Source: Vicugna vicugna (Eukaryota). Taken from it: a DNA stretch of 64,000 bases. Below the pieces are notes generated by a model. It was not told the origin of the DNA, did no database searches, and saw only the letters and a program-made list of their open reading frames with translations. Position numbers and translations under genes: made by a program. Below, piece after piece: positions 1-13,825 of the stretch. Location of the stretch: the NCBI GenBank assembly GCA_013265495.1, contig MU057416.1:56545-120544 (forward strand), given 5' to 3'. Position 1 is the stretch's first letter. Each line of letters starts with the position of its first letter.

Positions 1-722
1 TTGGTTCCTGGCATAGGTGCTTTCTTGCTGTTTCCTCTCTCTCCCTCCCTCCCCCTCCCCTCCTTCCCCTCCCCACCCCCACCTCCCTCTTTCCACATTT
101 GTGTTTGCGTTCCCATCAAGTCCCTTCGGGTTCTGGGGAGAGCCGCACCATCGGTCTCTTTGCTATTGTGTCCGATTGAGAGGGTGGATGGGGCGCTTCC
201 TTTTAATTACATCTTCAGTCTGAGACCCCTAGTCCATTCCCAGAGCTTACCGTGCGTGGTGGTCATGCCCGTGAACTGATCCTGGCTGCAAAGCTAGACC
301 TCACTTTTCCTGTCTGGCACAAAGCAGTCTCTGAGAAGCAGTTGCTTTTTCAGACCATACTGGTCTCCCAATTGCCGTATTCTTCTATTTACTTTCACTC
401 TTGATTGCAAACCAGTCTATTCTTTTCGGAGATCATCTCTTTTTCTTTTTTGTGCTACCTTCCCAGTGCAGCTGATGTCCATCGGCAGACGCTCTCATTT
501 TCTATTTAATCTTTCTCCTAGAGCAACAAGTTTATTTCTGTCTTATAGATCAGCATAGGTGATAACACAACCAAAGGATGTGCCACCGCCTATGACTGAT
601 GGCCATCTTCCAGCCTCCACGGGAGGTGGCCATCCACACCAGCCCCCCCACAGGACCCACGCTGTCTCGCCACATATTTTAGAGTTTTTGTCATGGCAGC
701 ATCTAATCCTAGTATAAAAAGC

Positions 723-1100
723 TGTATTAGTCAGCATGGATTTGGTTAGGCTGTATCAGTAAACAACCCAAAATTTCAGTGGCTTGCGACACAAAGATTT
801 ATTTCTCTCTCATTCAAAGTCCACCAGCAGCTCGGAGAACTGTTGGGGCAGCTCAGCTGTCCTCCCCGCTGGGGCTCGGCCTGGTCCTCCCTTAGCCAGG
901 TGGCCTTCCAGTAGCCACACCAGAGAAAAGGTGGGGCACGGGGTTGAGGACCAGTAATTAAAATGCGTCTTCCTGGAAGAGATACACAGAATTTCTGCTG
1001 CCCTCCACCTCTAAGGGGCAGGGGTGTCTATTTTGTGTCCCGAAGGGAAGGAGAACTGGGCAGCAGGGAACAGAGGTCACGTCTACAAAATATGCTGGCT
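723..1100. mobile_element. MLT1-type (MaLR) LTR relic, approximate end
   Basis: tgtattagtcag...aaacaacccaaaatttcagtggctt...caaagatttatttctctctca. Confidence 0.65.
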
Positions 1101-4100
1101 CCAGGGCTGATGAAAGGGCACAGGAGCCGAGGGAGCACTTCCTGACTTCCTAGTTCTGTAAGCACTTTATTTTCTACATTTTTAGAATCACTTGTTATAA
1201 ACTTACTAGCCCTTTCCCATACTTCAGATGCAGGTTTTAATAATAAATAGAAATCAAAGGCTGGAAATTCATGGGTTTTTTTCATAAGAGGGCAAGGCTT
1301 CTGTTTGCTCATTAGCCTTTGCACACTTGGGGCCCTGTTCCTCATTCACCACGCCCTGTCCCAGCTCACTGCCGGCACGCTGGATTCAACAGGTGGGCAA
1401 AATCTCTGGAAGTTTTGTTTGGAATGACATCACTGGATCCCAAGCCAGGACCAAACCTAGAAATGATCCTTGATCCTCGAGCACAAGGAAGGTCTCGTTT
1501 CCATTTCTTACTGGCTCTCCGGTGTCCTCTGCCCAAGTAGATTTGAAACTGACTTTCTTCAGAAGAAAAGCGTTTCTCATTTTCTGCTTTTTGTTACTTT
1601 TTAATTATTATTTTTGCCTCTCAGACCCCACCCCTCATTGGATAGAAAGGCAATCAAAAATACCTGTAGAAAAATACACGTTTTCTTGATGAGCCCATTC
1701 TTGTGTTCTGCCTACATTTTACTCTTCTCCAGGCAAAAACACTGACATAATAATAGAAACAGAATGACAGTAACACCGACGTAGAGTCACCTTTTTGCTG
1801 TTGCTGTAGGTTCTGTTTAAAAGTAAACTGATGGCATGTGACAATGAAGGTTTTGTTTGAAAATAATATTTCCTAAATAATGAGTGGAGCCTCACTGTTC
1901 CCATGGTCAAAAAAATGGAAAACTCAACACTTTCAAATTCACTGTAAGTTTTGCAAAGTGACATTTTATATCAATACTTGCCGAAGACCAGGACAACAGA
2001 CCTGAGATGCTCAGTGGAGGAAAAGCCTGAGAGTCACAGTGGATGTATATCTGTCATTCTACCTCCTTGAGTGCACTGTCTGTTGTTTCCTCCGTCCCAC
2101 CAAAGACGCCTTTTTCATTTTACCTTATCTGTGTTTCATTTCGATATGCACAGCAGCACAGCCAGACAAGCACCTAATTGACAGAGCATAAATGTAAAGA
2201 AAACGGCATTGCTTGGTGTCTTATAAAGAAGCTATGAACATAATGTGCTGTCACCTGCACTGCCAGGCACTTGCTTGTCAAGGCTTGTGTGTCTTGCATG
2301 GACTCAGCTTATATTTTTAAGAGTTTTCTGTCTCAAAACTTACACAAACAAACAAATATAAATGCAGACCAGTTTTACAAGTTTTTTAAGTAAAACCCAA
2401 ATAATCCATAAATTTTTTGTGTTTCCTCTAAAATTCTTATTGGCTTATCCTCATAAATTGCCTTATCCTCATAAATCTATCAAGTTCTACCCACCTCTTT
2501 ATGATTATCCATGCCTTAGGTCCAGAAGACATGAGCGTCTGTTAGAAAAAGTCTATATTGCTTATTGACTTAATTATCAGAGTTACTTTGTCCCTTTTTC
2601 CTGTTTTTTTTTCCTGCTACAAGGACCAGCTTGTATTCAAAGGACCCTTTCATTGCAAGTGTTAGTAAACCAATTCAGATGCTTGTTAGCAGAAAATGTA
2701 GTTTATCAAGTCCTGTGATCAAAAAATAGAGACAGATTCAGATGCAGTTTGATCCAGGAGCTCCAACTATGTAATCATCTCTTCCTCTTTTTTTTCCTAT
2801 TCCTCTCTAGTTGCCTTTCCTCTCTTGTTAGTCTGCTCTTTGGCTTCATTCATGGTTCCTTCTGTGGTGGCTGCAAGAAGTTGAAAAGCTCTAGGCTTAC
2901 GTCACCTCAAGCTTGGAAATCTGATTAGAAAGTTCTATTAACTTCCCAAATAGTTAAAAGAGGTTTTAGGATTGATTTTGATCCATTGGATCTGGGTTGT
3001 TGGATTTGCATCCATGCACCAACTGCCGTGGCCAGGAGAGGGCGTACTCCTGAACTAGACCTGGGTTACAGGGCCATCTCTGGAGTCAGGGGACTGGGTT
3101 CAAATCCTCCCTGAGTCCCATGGACCCAGGAATGAAAGATAGGAGTTAGCTGATGGCAAACCTCAAAGTAGTGATCAAAAAGGAGAGGTTAGGGCAGGCA
3201 GAGAGCAATGCTGTGTAGTAGGGAACTCGCCCGCACGCAGCAGCAGGCACAGCTTTGCGGCTCTGCACACTGACACGTGGTAAGGGTGCTTGGTGGAGCC
3301 CTGGTGGAGCCCTGCTTTCCAGAGCTGGTATAGTTGCAGAAACTGCACAAGTGCTTCATTCAAATGGTCGTTAGTTCTGTTTACAGAAGTTCAGTTTCCA
3401 ATCAAGCAGGAAGATCAGAAGTAAAAAAGAAGAGGACAGACTCTTCAGACTGGCTGGGTTTCGTTGAAGAAGAGAAATAGTGGTGTTGGTGGGTTGGGTT
3501 GAGGTTGAAACAATGTTTTTGGAGAAACTCTGAGCACCTAATCGTTGACTTCTTTTTTTTTCCCACTTCCAGGTTCTTGAGAATTTTATGTAGACAACGT
3601 TTCTCCACAAACACCTAATAAAAATGGGGACTAGGAAAGAGAGGCAGAGAATTGTACGTAGATTTTTGAGCTGCCGCCTGGCTTTTTATCAGACTCGCAC
3701 TCCGATATTCCACAGGCTGCCTGATGTCTCTTCGTTCTCATGAAAGTACTATGCTGCCTGTTTTAATGACTGCTGAAGACAGGCTTGCTTTTGAAGCCAG
3801 CGAGAGTTGTGAGTCCTTTAAGCTGAATCTTGCGTCTTTGAAACAATTAGACGATTTGCTTAGTTCAGTTTGCCATTGGCTGTTTGCATGAACTTGAGGA
3901 TTATAAAGAGACTTAGAAAACAAACTGAAAAAAGTTTTCAGAGCTGTCAGCTCCCTTCCTTCATGCAAAAGAACAATTATTCAGCATAAACCGTGCTTTT
4001 TCGGTGTAGAATGACTGATCCCACAAACTGTGTCGAATGAGAGTGTAAGTGGTATGCATCCTGGGTAAGGCTTGGTGTTTTAATGAGATAAAAAATGGTT

Positions 4101-4235
4101 ATTATTTCTTTGAAGACATATCCTAACAAAACGTGTGTGTTGACTAAATCTCTGAACCATCTGATGATAGCTCATCACTCCTTTCAGGATAAAGATATCA
4201 GTTTATATAAACAAACTGAACACTCAAATCTAGGG

Positions 4236-4360
4236 TTTTATTTTATTTTTATTTATTTATTTTATTGATGTACAGTTGATTTACCATGTTGTATTAGTTT
4301 CTGGCATACAGCATAGTGATTCAGTAATACACATATACCTACATATGTACATATTCTGTT
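4236..4360 (-). mobile_element. L1 3' end fragment
   Basis: ttttattgatgtacagttgatttac...gtattagtttctgg...cagcatagtgattcag, a typical laurasiatherian L1 3' terminus. Confidence 0.75.
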
Positions 4361-4389
4361 TTTGTTATAAACCCTAGGATTTTACTTCA

Positions 4390-4497
4390 CTTTTTTAATT
4401 TTTAATTTTTTATTTTTTAGTGGAATCCATTAAATTGAACTCAGGAACTTGTGCAGGCCAAGCAGGTGCTCTACCACTGAGCCCTTACCCCCTCCCC
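4390..4497 (-). mobile_element. tRNA-derived SINE (camelid Vic-1-like)
   Basis: ctctaccactgagc A-box region and T-rich tail; flanks aaaccctaggatttt / aaagcctaggacttt look like a degenerate TSD. Confidence 0.8.
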
Positions 4498-7354
4498 AAA
4501 GCCTAGGACTTTAAAAAGAATCCCAGCATCCAACACTGAAGTGGGACATTGGATATATTCAGAATGTATTTGTTGAATTAATATATTTTTAGTAGAGTTT
4601 GAGTCATCGAGAAAGGTTACACTCCAGGTGTGATCAAAGCGGTGGAGTCAAAGAGTGGGAGGGCTTGGTCATGGAGCTGCTTGAAGAATGAACTGGAGTG
4701 AGGCCTGCTGGCTGGGCAAGCGGATGGAGGAGGAGGGAAGGCGGGCGTCAGGAAGGAGGGAGGCCTGGAATGGAAGGAACCACCCATCAGCCTGCGATGC
4801 CCTGAGAACCTCCGGAATCCAGCGGCCGCAGAGCTGGGAAGCAGAGGAGGCAGTGCTGGGGGCCAGGTCAACCTGGTGCCGCAGGACCCGGACTCTCCGA
4901 GAGCCTTGCCGGCCGGCGTGGCCCACGTTTTGTCTCGTACAGGGGCTAATAACCAAACGTGTGTGTTGACTGAATCTCTGAACCATCTGATGATAGCTCA
5001 TCACGCCTTTCTAAAAGCCTCACTGATGCATCCTTGTTAGGACAGAGTGCAGTCTCACCCCTCAGCTCGGAGGAACAAGCGGCTTCTGTCCTCCACGATG
5101 TCCTTGGGCCCTTGGTGCTCCGGGGCCGCCGCCTCCGGGGATGCCGCCTCCGGGGATGCTGTGCGCTTTGCCCGGATCCCTCAGCCCTGTGCCCAGCTCC
5201 CAGAGCCATACCCCTTTCTGGAGACAAGGCAGATGCCTCCTTCTCCACAAAGGCTTTGCCAATGCCGACTGCTTCTCTAGCTTGCTCCCAGGGAAGACAT
5301 CTTCTTTCTCAGTTGTGGTTTTAAAATGCTTCCTTTTTCATTTTCAGCATTTCTCACTTCTCTTTTGAAGTTTAATTTTATATATGTGTATGTCTCTGTA
5401 TGTATTCACATAGGTCCATACTACGTAAAATATGCGTGTGCAGGTATGTATGTAAATCTCACTAGTAAATTTAAGAACCTAGACCACAGGGGCTGCTATT
5501 TATATATTTTATTAATTTCTTCCAGTGGCATCCAGCACAGCACTTTGTGCTTGGTGGTCTAGCTGGGAGGGGCAAGCACCATATGATGGAGAGACAGTGT
5601 AGGCAGTGCTTTCTGCAGACTGATTTTTTTTTCAGGGAGCTCATCAACTTAAAAGAACCATTTTGGGCTTCTCAGAATGACATGTGACTTGAGAAATAGA
5701 TCAACTAGCACAGTGATTTTCAAGTGGCTACTGAGTAGCAGTTAGGGCCAAACTGTGAACCTTTATGGACCACTTTTAAAACTGCAGACTCTTAAAAGAG
5801 TTTGCTTGAAAGAAAGGGCTAACTTGGGTGAGAATTTGGCCAAACACAATGGAAAAAGTCTAAAGTCAATCTAATGATTTTCCGGAACTGTTAGCTGACC
5901 TTTGAAAATCATGGTGAATCTAGTGTGATTGTTTCTGGATGAATTCATAAAAATCCCATCTCCTCCAATGTCTGTGCATCTCAAATTTTATTGCACATGG
6001 CCCACATCGTCTTAGATTACTGAAGTTCATCCTATATTTTATTTTTGAAGCCTGGAGGTATATTTCAGTCTCCCTGTTAGTGCCAGGAGAAAACGCTTTG
6101 GCAGTAACATTCAGTGGAAAATCCATTCTCGGATGTGCGGGGTCGCAGCCGGCACCCAGAGCACGTGTGAATTTAACAGACAGGTTTAGTGGGCTGGTTG
6201 GCAGCAGAGCTTAAGACGCTGAACTCAGTAGTTTCACAGACGCTGACGTTATTCAACTTCTAGTAAAAGGCATTGCCTGTGTTGAAAGTCTGGGCCGGTT
6301 TTAACCACGTACGGTAAATGAGGCTCTTGAAGCCTCGGCAGTTCTGCATAATCATAACCATATTCTCTGAATCCTTGGAAAATTTTATCAGAAGAAAAAC
6401 ATGATTCAAGATGTTTAGCTATTCTCAGCTTACAAAACAATGCTATAAATTCTAGAAATTGCAATCTGAGAAAGCGAAGTATTTACCACTTTACTTTTTA
6501 AAAAACGTATTTTACTTTTAGTCGATTTTTGAAAAGAGATCTTTTTGGACCACAAGTGGTCACAGTCCTGTATGATATTTAAGCACTGTTACTGGTCCTG
6601 CTGACGGGCAGATTTCCAGAACACGCCATCAGTGTCCCCCTTTCCTTCGTCCGTCCTCCCTTCATCTCCTGAGTCTGGTCTTCATCTTCTGATAGTCCTA
6701 CTCTGGCCCGAATCAAGGACACTTCACATTCCTGAATATTAATTCTGTCGGAGCTCTTGAAAAGCAAAGCAGTTGTTTTGACATTTTAATCTTTTTTCTT
6801 TCTCTTTCCCTTTCTCTTTTTTATTTTTTCATTTGTTTCTTCCTTCTTTCTTTATAGCTTGAAATCTGTGATATTCTTTATATCTTGATTTCTTTAGGAT
6901 TTCAGGTAATTTACTGTATTGAAAACATTTGTGTTTTCAGGTAGGAGAAAATTTGGACCTAATTGCAATAAAAAAATCATAAAAATCAACATTTGCTTCT
7001 AGAACATTATTTATTGCATATATAAATATACATATATACGAAAGTTTTAATTTCCATAGGACCTGGGGTTGGAAAGGACACACAAGCTTTCCTTCAATGT
7101 TTGAATCCTTCTGTACAAGAGTTTCTCCTTTTCTACCACAGGTTACTAATCCAGCCTCGTCCGGACCATCTCCAGTGTGACAGCAATTTCTCTCCATCTC
7201 TTTGCTCCACAAGAAGGACCTTCTGCTCTTATTTTGAGGCTCAATTTGTTTTTTCATCTGTCTTCTGCCTTCCCATCCTACTTTCCTCTTTTTTCTGCTT
7301 GCGGCCATTTAGAAAAGGCAAACTCTTTTTCTTTTTCCCCCAGTAGCATTACTT

Positions 7355-7505
7355 CTTTTTAAAATTGAAGTATAGTCGGTTTACAATGTTGTGTTAGTTT
7401 CTGATGTACAGCACAGTGATTCAGTTGCACACACATATTCCTTTTCATATTCTTTTTCATTATAGGCCATTACAAAGTATTGAATATAGTTCTCTGTGCT
7501 AGACA
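7355..7505 (-). mobile_element. L1 3' end fragment
   Basis: attgaagtatagtcggtttacaatgttgtgttagtttctg...tattgaatatagttctctgtgct. Confidence 0.85.
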
Positions 7506-9740
7506 GACTTTTGTTTTTAAATAGGAAAGCACTTCAGATATTTTAAATATAGTTTCATAAAGTATCCTCGAAGGGTACACAAAAACGGTTAAAAATGACC
7601 ACTTTTATGAAATGGGACAAAGAATGGGGAGAAGACAGAGAAGACAGTAATTAGCACTCACTGGATTTAAAGCACAGACATAGCTATATTTTAAATTTAA
7701 CTTAATTGTAATAAATGCTATTATTTTAAAAGAACTTACATCCTCTGACTCTCCTTCAAAAATTTAAGTGCTTACAGGTTTCCATCTTTTCCTCATATAA
7801 TAATAATTTTGAATACCTGCTGATTCTTTTTTATTTTCTCCACTGGTGCTCCTACTTTCTTTTGAAGTATATTTGAGGTGGCAGCCAGAATGGAACCAAA
7901 ATGGTACATTTCTTGGATGGTGATTCAGTTGTGAGAATGTGTATAGATCTCTGTGCATTGATTCATACGTTCAGATCAGGTAGCATTTCACATACAACCC
8001 TTAGCGTGGGACAGTGGGGCTATCCAATCTTAATAGAAGAAATTATGACAGCCACTAAAAGTGGAACAAAAAAGGGTAGTAATAGAAAAAATGCCTTAAC
8101 AATATGTCATTTTCTATTCAGGATGGAAATGATACGATCTTGATTTTGAGGCTGTGGGTCTTCTGACCAAATTTTCTCAACTGAACGGAGAAAAAAAAAT
8201 CTAGCAAATTATTCTTCAAAACTTAACAGGACAAAAATACAGAAAATATGCATTTAAAGATGTATTTGTTTTCAAATGCATGATTTTTGTGGTGGCTGTT
8301 AATAAAAAATCTACTTTCCTTGAGAAACATCTTGCCTGTTTTAATTTTTGAATTTGACTAATTAAACATTTTTTCTTTTCAGTGATATTGAGATATTCAA
8401 AACAGCAGCATCTTAAAGGGCCAAGAATTGCTCCCCCCGCAAAAAAATAAAAAAGACCAATGTTTTATGGTGAAATTATGGCAAGTGCAGAGTATATGTA
8501 ACTGCAGTCTGAGGATGCCGCGGCCTTCCCGAAGGTAAAGAGCACTGCACTGTGTCAGCTCCGGCTGGGAGTTCGGCTCGTTCTCGGGGGTGATGTCATG
8601 GCAGCCAGCGAGGGCCTGGGAACGGAGAGGGGCGGGCAGGATGCTGCGGGGCAGGACTTGTGCTCCTTGCTGACCCTGTGAGTCAGTCCTCTGAGTCAGC
8701 GCATGACACGTAGACGTGGAATCCCATGAGCAAGGCTCGTGGAATGGACTCGGCCTGGGGGACATTCGTGGATGAGGGAGTTCTGCATCCTGAGTCGCTC
8801 AGGTTCTTACACTGAGCCCCCGCAGCTGCGTGTCAGCTGACCTCCCTGTGCCGTTTCTCCATCTGTGAAGGGAGGAGATCAAACTCCATCCATAGGACAT
8901 TTTCTGTTTTTGCCCTTTTGCAATTATGGGGAATCACAGTGGAAATCTGAAAGGTGACACCCAGGAGGAAAACCAAATAAAAACACTCGCAAAGTGCAAT
9001 GCCAGCAAGCCTCTGGGTTCTCGAAGTTTCACAAAAATATGAGTAACTATTGTTCCTAGCTGACTTCTTCTTCTCCTCCTAGTGGGGACGACGCAGTCAT
9101 GAAGTGAGAAGGTTTAAAGGGATTCGACCTGAGAGGAGCTCTGCCAACAGTGGGAGCCCAGACCATCGCAGTCTCCCTTTCACTCTCATAAATCTGACAT
9201 AGAGTGGTCCCGACTTGCAAAATTTCTCTTTCCTTTCAGTTTCTGCAGAAAAATGTAGACAGAAGAGCTAAACATGATCTGTCTGTAGATATTCATGATT
9301 GAAAATGGATGAAAGTAGTTTTAAATATCCAATCATTTAACCTGTTGGTTTTTAAAATAGTTCAAAATTTCCACAGAACTCAGTCAATATTTTAAATCCG
9401 TACAGGATTGCAGGGCATTGATTCTTATTGTGTGCTTTAAAATGTGCAATATTTTCTGTTCAATTTAGTGTTTCTACAGTCTTAGTGTCTGTGTTAGAGT
9501 GAAAACTGATATACATTATGCATGGAAGGCGTAAATATCCAAAGAGTTGACTATGGAACCAACAGCTAGCTTCTTCCATTATGATTCAAATCTAGTTTAC
9601 TTCAAAGTAAAATGCTTCAGAATAGAGCTCTTCTTACTTAAACTGCGAAGGTACTTATTCTTGTGGCAGAATTCTATGGGTGTAGAAATATTTCAGGAAA
9701 AAATAAAACAAGTTTTTCTTTTTAAAGGATAAAATGTAAC

Positions 9741-9831
9741 TTTTTTTTTTTAAAGTGGAGGGACTGGGGATTGAACCCAGGACCTTGTGCATGCTAAGCA
9801 TGTGCTCTACCACTGAGCTATACCCCACCCC
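9741..9831 (-). mobile_element. tRNA-derived SINE (Vic-1-like)
   Basis: Reverse complement is ggggtatagctcagtggtagagcacatgcttagcatgcacaaggtcctgggttcaatccccagt plus an A tail. Confidence 0.9.
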
Positions 9832-10049
9832 AAAAATAAAACACATTTTGAGATTCTTAGGATATAATCTTTTCTATTGTCAAATTAAAGTCACTGGTAA
9901 CTAGCAAGTTAAATTTATTGAGGCCAGATTTATGAAGCATGGGAGGAGAATCTGTTTTCTGGAGAAATCTCATGAAAAATTTGAGAGTTGTGGAATTATG
10001 CTGATTCGGAAAGAATGTTCAAATAAATAGAGAATTAAAAGAGTGATTT

Positions 10050-10207
10050 TATAGCACAGGGAAATATATTCAAGATCTTGTAGTAGCTCCAGTGAAAAAG
10101 AATATGAGAACGAATACATGTATGTTCATGTATGACTGAAAAGCTGTGCTGTGCACCAGAAACCGACACAACATTGTGAACTGTCCATGACTCAATAAAA
10201 AGAAAAG
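10050..10207 (+). mobile_element. L1 3' end fragment
   Basis: tatagcacagggaaatatattcaagatcttgtag...caccagaaaccgacacaacattgtgaactg...caataaaa. Confidence 0.85.
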
Positions 10208-11617
10208 AGTGATCTGACGGCCAGTGGACAATGATCCTTGCTTGTATATGGGGGGACAGTCTTTGGAATTAAAATTAGTTCCTTTGTGCAGTCTGCATCT
10301 TAGAAGAAAAACTAATTTTGGGACCTGGGGCCAAAGAGGAGTGTGATGTCAGAGCAATACAACTGAGTTTATCGTTTTGTCTTTTTAGTGAATTCTTCTC
10401 ACAGCAGGGACTATTCGGAAGTAATCGTGGGGACATTGCTGTGGCTTGGTTTACATCCGCCCTGGCTCCACAGTTGAAATGAGCCGGGCAAGCTCCCGAG
10501 ACTGGACACTCCCTTAGGCCGTGAGAGCTTCCTGGCTTTATGCTGGCCAGAAATGACAGCCCAGAGTGTTTTTACAATAACCCCACTTTTGGGTAAAAAC
10601 AGGAAAGGGAGAGGCATGTTAAAATTAAATATTTTATAAGATGAACAGACCCAAAAGAAAATAGAGTCGTTTCCTTTCAGTTGGAGGAAAACTAAAATTG
10701 AGTCTGATTATCCAAATTATTTCCTTGCCTGTTTTGGAAAAAGTATCCTGAAACACCCTTCAAAGATGATCAGATTTCCGTTCTTTTTTTCTCTCTGAAC
10801 CTGGACTCCCAAGCGCAAGTGACGGTATTTAACTCAGCACTCGGCCCTGCTTGGAACACTCACCTGGTTGGAAAGACACACCGCAGGCAGGCTGCCGATG
10901 CCAGTTCTCAGGATCAGAGCCTGTGCTTTGCGTACTTGGGGATGCTTCCCCTATTGCTTAGCACTGAAGCAGGTTCCTGGAGCCTGTTTTGTTTCACCAT
11001 GTCTCCGCGGCAGCAATCAGCTGCTGCATACCACGTATGTTTTACTTAGCATTCACTGCCTGTGTCATTCTGAAGTCCTAACTCTCATATTTCCGAAATG
11101 ACGGAAAGAAGCCAGCCCCTATTGTTAATAAATACAATATCACTCCGCAGACTGTGAAAGGGACAGCGTCACTAGCTAAATGGACTCTCAGGAAAGCGCA
11201 GACCATCCTTCGCCTCTTCGCATTTTCCTTGGGGCCTGTTCTGGGGCGGACAATACCCGCGTTTCCTGTGTCTGGCCGTCAATGCTGTTTCCCTCCGTTC
11301 CTTTTGAGACAGCATCCATTTTTCTTCTGACACGACTCTTACCCTTTCCAGCGTGGCAACCTCGGGCGAGCAGCAGACATCAGTAAATGCTATGCTTTTC
11401 CTTTAAGGCTTTTCAAATTTTTAATTAAAAAGCCAAGCTCTCGCTGATCACCTGCAGGAGTGCGACTCTCCATGGTTACCTGCCGCCCGGAGCGCGGGGC
11501 GCTGAGGAATGCTGATGAGCGCGCCGGCCGAGCCGAGCGGGCGCTGCTGGGGGCGCCGTCCGGCTTCCGGGACGCACGAGCGGGCGCACAGGGAGGCGGG
11601 GCGCGGGAGCTGCGCGT

Positions 11618-12007
11618 TCCACCTGCCGTTGTCCCCTCCTGGCTCCACAGTGATGATCAAGATGTACTCTGAACACCATGTCAACACTGGGGGAAGAAAG
11701 GTTTTCTCTAGCCGCAGGAGAAATGACCTGCAGCACCGGTTTGACGGTCACCTCGATGACGCTGATCCGTTTAAGCTGTGGATAATCGTCACGATGGTCA
11801 CAGGTGCGTGTAGTCCACCTGCCGTTTTCCCCTCCTGGCTCCACAGCGATGATCAAGATGTACTCTGAATACCATGTCAACACTGGGGGAAGAAAGGTTT
11901 TCTCTAGCCGCAGGAGAAATGACCTGCAGCACCGGTTTGACGGTCACCTCGATGACGCTGATCCGTTTAAGCTGTGGATAATCGTCACGATGGTCACAGG
12001 TGCGTGT
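11618..12007. repeat. Tandem duplication, period 196 bp, two copies
   Basis: 11618-11811 versus 11814-12007, 3 internal mismatches. Confidence 0.97.
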
Positions 12008-13469
12008 CTGGGGGAGACAGCCTTTTCTGTGAAGGAGGGTGGCGTCTGAACCCAGACAGCAGACCTTACAGGAGAGCTTCGCGGTTATCTTTTTGGAGAA
12101 TGAAAGAGAAAGTTCTTGGCCCTGTGTTGTCTCCCAGACACGTGAACACTGGCCTTCAGGCAATTTGAAAGAGAAAATAAAATTCAGTGGATAAAATCTT
12201 AGACCTTCATTTCTAATGAAAGAGAAAAAAACCTAAGATAATCGTGTTTCCAAGGGGTTTTATCTTCTCTTCAACTCAGCTCTGAAGGTTAACGTTGGAA
12301 AAAAAATAATTGTAAAAACAAAAGACACCTGGCACAGCAGAACAGTAACCCCCGCGTCGCGGCGAAGCTGTTCTTTACCGCAAGCTCCCTAACCTCAGGG
12401 TTTTTTTTTAAACTGAAGATAGTGTTTTGTATAATCGTGGAATCACCATGTTTTTGAGCTTCAGGGACCTTTGATAGAACATACCCAACTCAGAAAGTGA
12501 GACGTGGAGAAGCTGTCTCTAGCTCCAACCACACAGTGAATGGTGAATGAAGCTGGGAGTAGAACCCAGGGCCTGGACCCCAGGTTTCTCATTTGGAACA
12601 AACAATTCAAGGCAGTAGATACAGTACTTGATTCTAAGATGGGTCGTGCACAGGGCAGGGTGCACAGGTCAGAGGATTCTGTTCTGTGCTTGGTTATGAT
12701 GCAGCATCTGCAGCACTTAAATCGTGCCTGGTGGCTCCCCGCCTCCATGTATTTGTTGAATGAATAAATGAATGGGCACATTCTTATATGATTTGAATAT
12801 TTCAATTTGCTTTCAAATATTTAAAATGCTGGACCACCCAATAAGATAATTCTGCACCTTTTTATTTTGGCTCATGCTGGGTGTGCCTCAGTCTAGAGGT
12901 TTAATTGGATGTGGTGACTTTGACAAATGTCTGGTAATAACGGGGAACCACTGTTATCCTAACTTACCGAGCCATGTGTTATAGACTAGTTACCTTATCC
13001 TTCAGAGAAGCAATTACGACACACTTAAGCAATATTCATAGAAAGCCCAACATATAAGAATCAAAGGAAAAAATGAAAACAAAAATATAGCCCCACTGAG
13101 TAAGTAGCTACCCTATTCCAGGCACATATGTTTATGCAATTCCTACAACACATCCATAATTTGATACTGTCTGCATGTTTTAGAGATGAGGAAACCAAGT
13201 TTCAGAATGTGTTAAGTAATTTTCTCAAGGTCATAAAACCAGTAAGTGAAAGAGCTAGGGTTTGAACCCAGTTTTACTACAAACTCTGCTCTTTCCAAAA
13301 CACTGTGTTTCATTACGACTTCCAACCACAATCTCCTAATCTCTGTAACATGGAAGTCCACACACTTCAAAATCAGTCCTCTTCAGTGACCTGATGGAAT
13401 GATGGTCATTTGCATCACTGTGTGGGCAACATTATCTGTAAAGTGTGACTCTTCCAGCTACTGACATCC

Positions 13470-13825
13470 TACTTTGTTGGGGTAATCGAGGAAGACTTCC
13501 TGAGGGGGTGACCTTAGAGCTGAGGCCCAAAGAAGGAACAAGGGCCAACCAGAAAAGGCAGAAGGAGCAGGTGCAAAGTCCCTGGGAAAAAAATAAGCTT
13601 CTTGTGTGAAAATTTGATGGAGGACCCCAGTACCTGGAGTGAAGCGGACGGGAAACGACAGAAATAGAAGATGACGTCACAGGAAGGGAGGAGGCATTCA
13701 GCTCTTACAGAATCTTGTAGGCAAAGTGCAGAATTAAGAGTGTCTTTAATCACAGTGGGAAGAAACGCTACAGTTTTAAGAAGAAATGGTCTGTGATACC
13801 ATTTATGCTTTAAAGAGGTCACAGA
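13470..13825 (-). mobile_element. L2 fragment
   Basis: gaggaagacttcctgagggggtgaccttagagctgagg...gtgcaaagtccctggg...tctgtgataccatttatgctttaaagaggtcac. Confidence 0.7.

Larger units (their letters stand above)
4124..5011. repeat. Dispersed 62-bp direct repeat (4124-4185 and 4950-5011)
   Basis: taac(a/c)aaacgtgtgtgttgact(a/g)aatctctgaaccatctgatgatagctcatcac(t/g)cctttc occurs twice, offset 826, 3 mismatches. Confidence 0.95.

Noticed and set aside
9760..9831. tRNA-Ala-like sequences here and at six other sites
   Set aside because: They have A-rich tails, some have TSDs, and all are diverged; these are SINEs, not tRNA genes.
11650..11765. C/D box snoRNA-like motifs (GTGATGA ... CTGA)
   Set aside because: No tight terminal stem, no host intron seen, no guide sequence recognised, and the C box is mutated in the second copy.
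11509..12049. ORFs with a repeated peptide (MIKMYSE...VTGAC)
   Set aside because: The repetition is explained by the 196-bp DNA duplication, which shifts frame; no recognisable protein.
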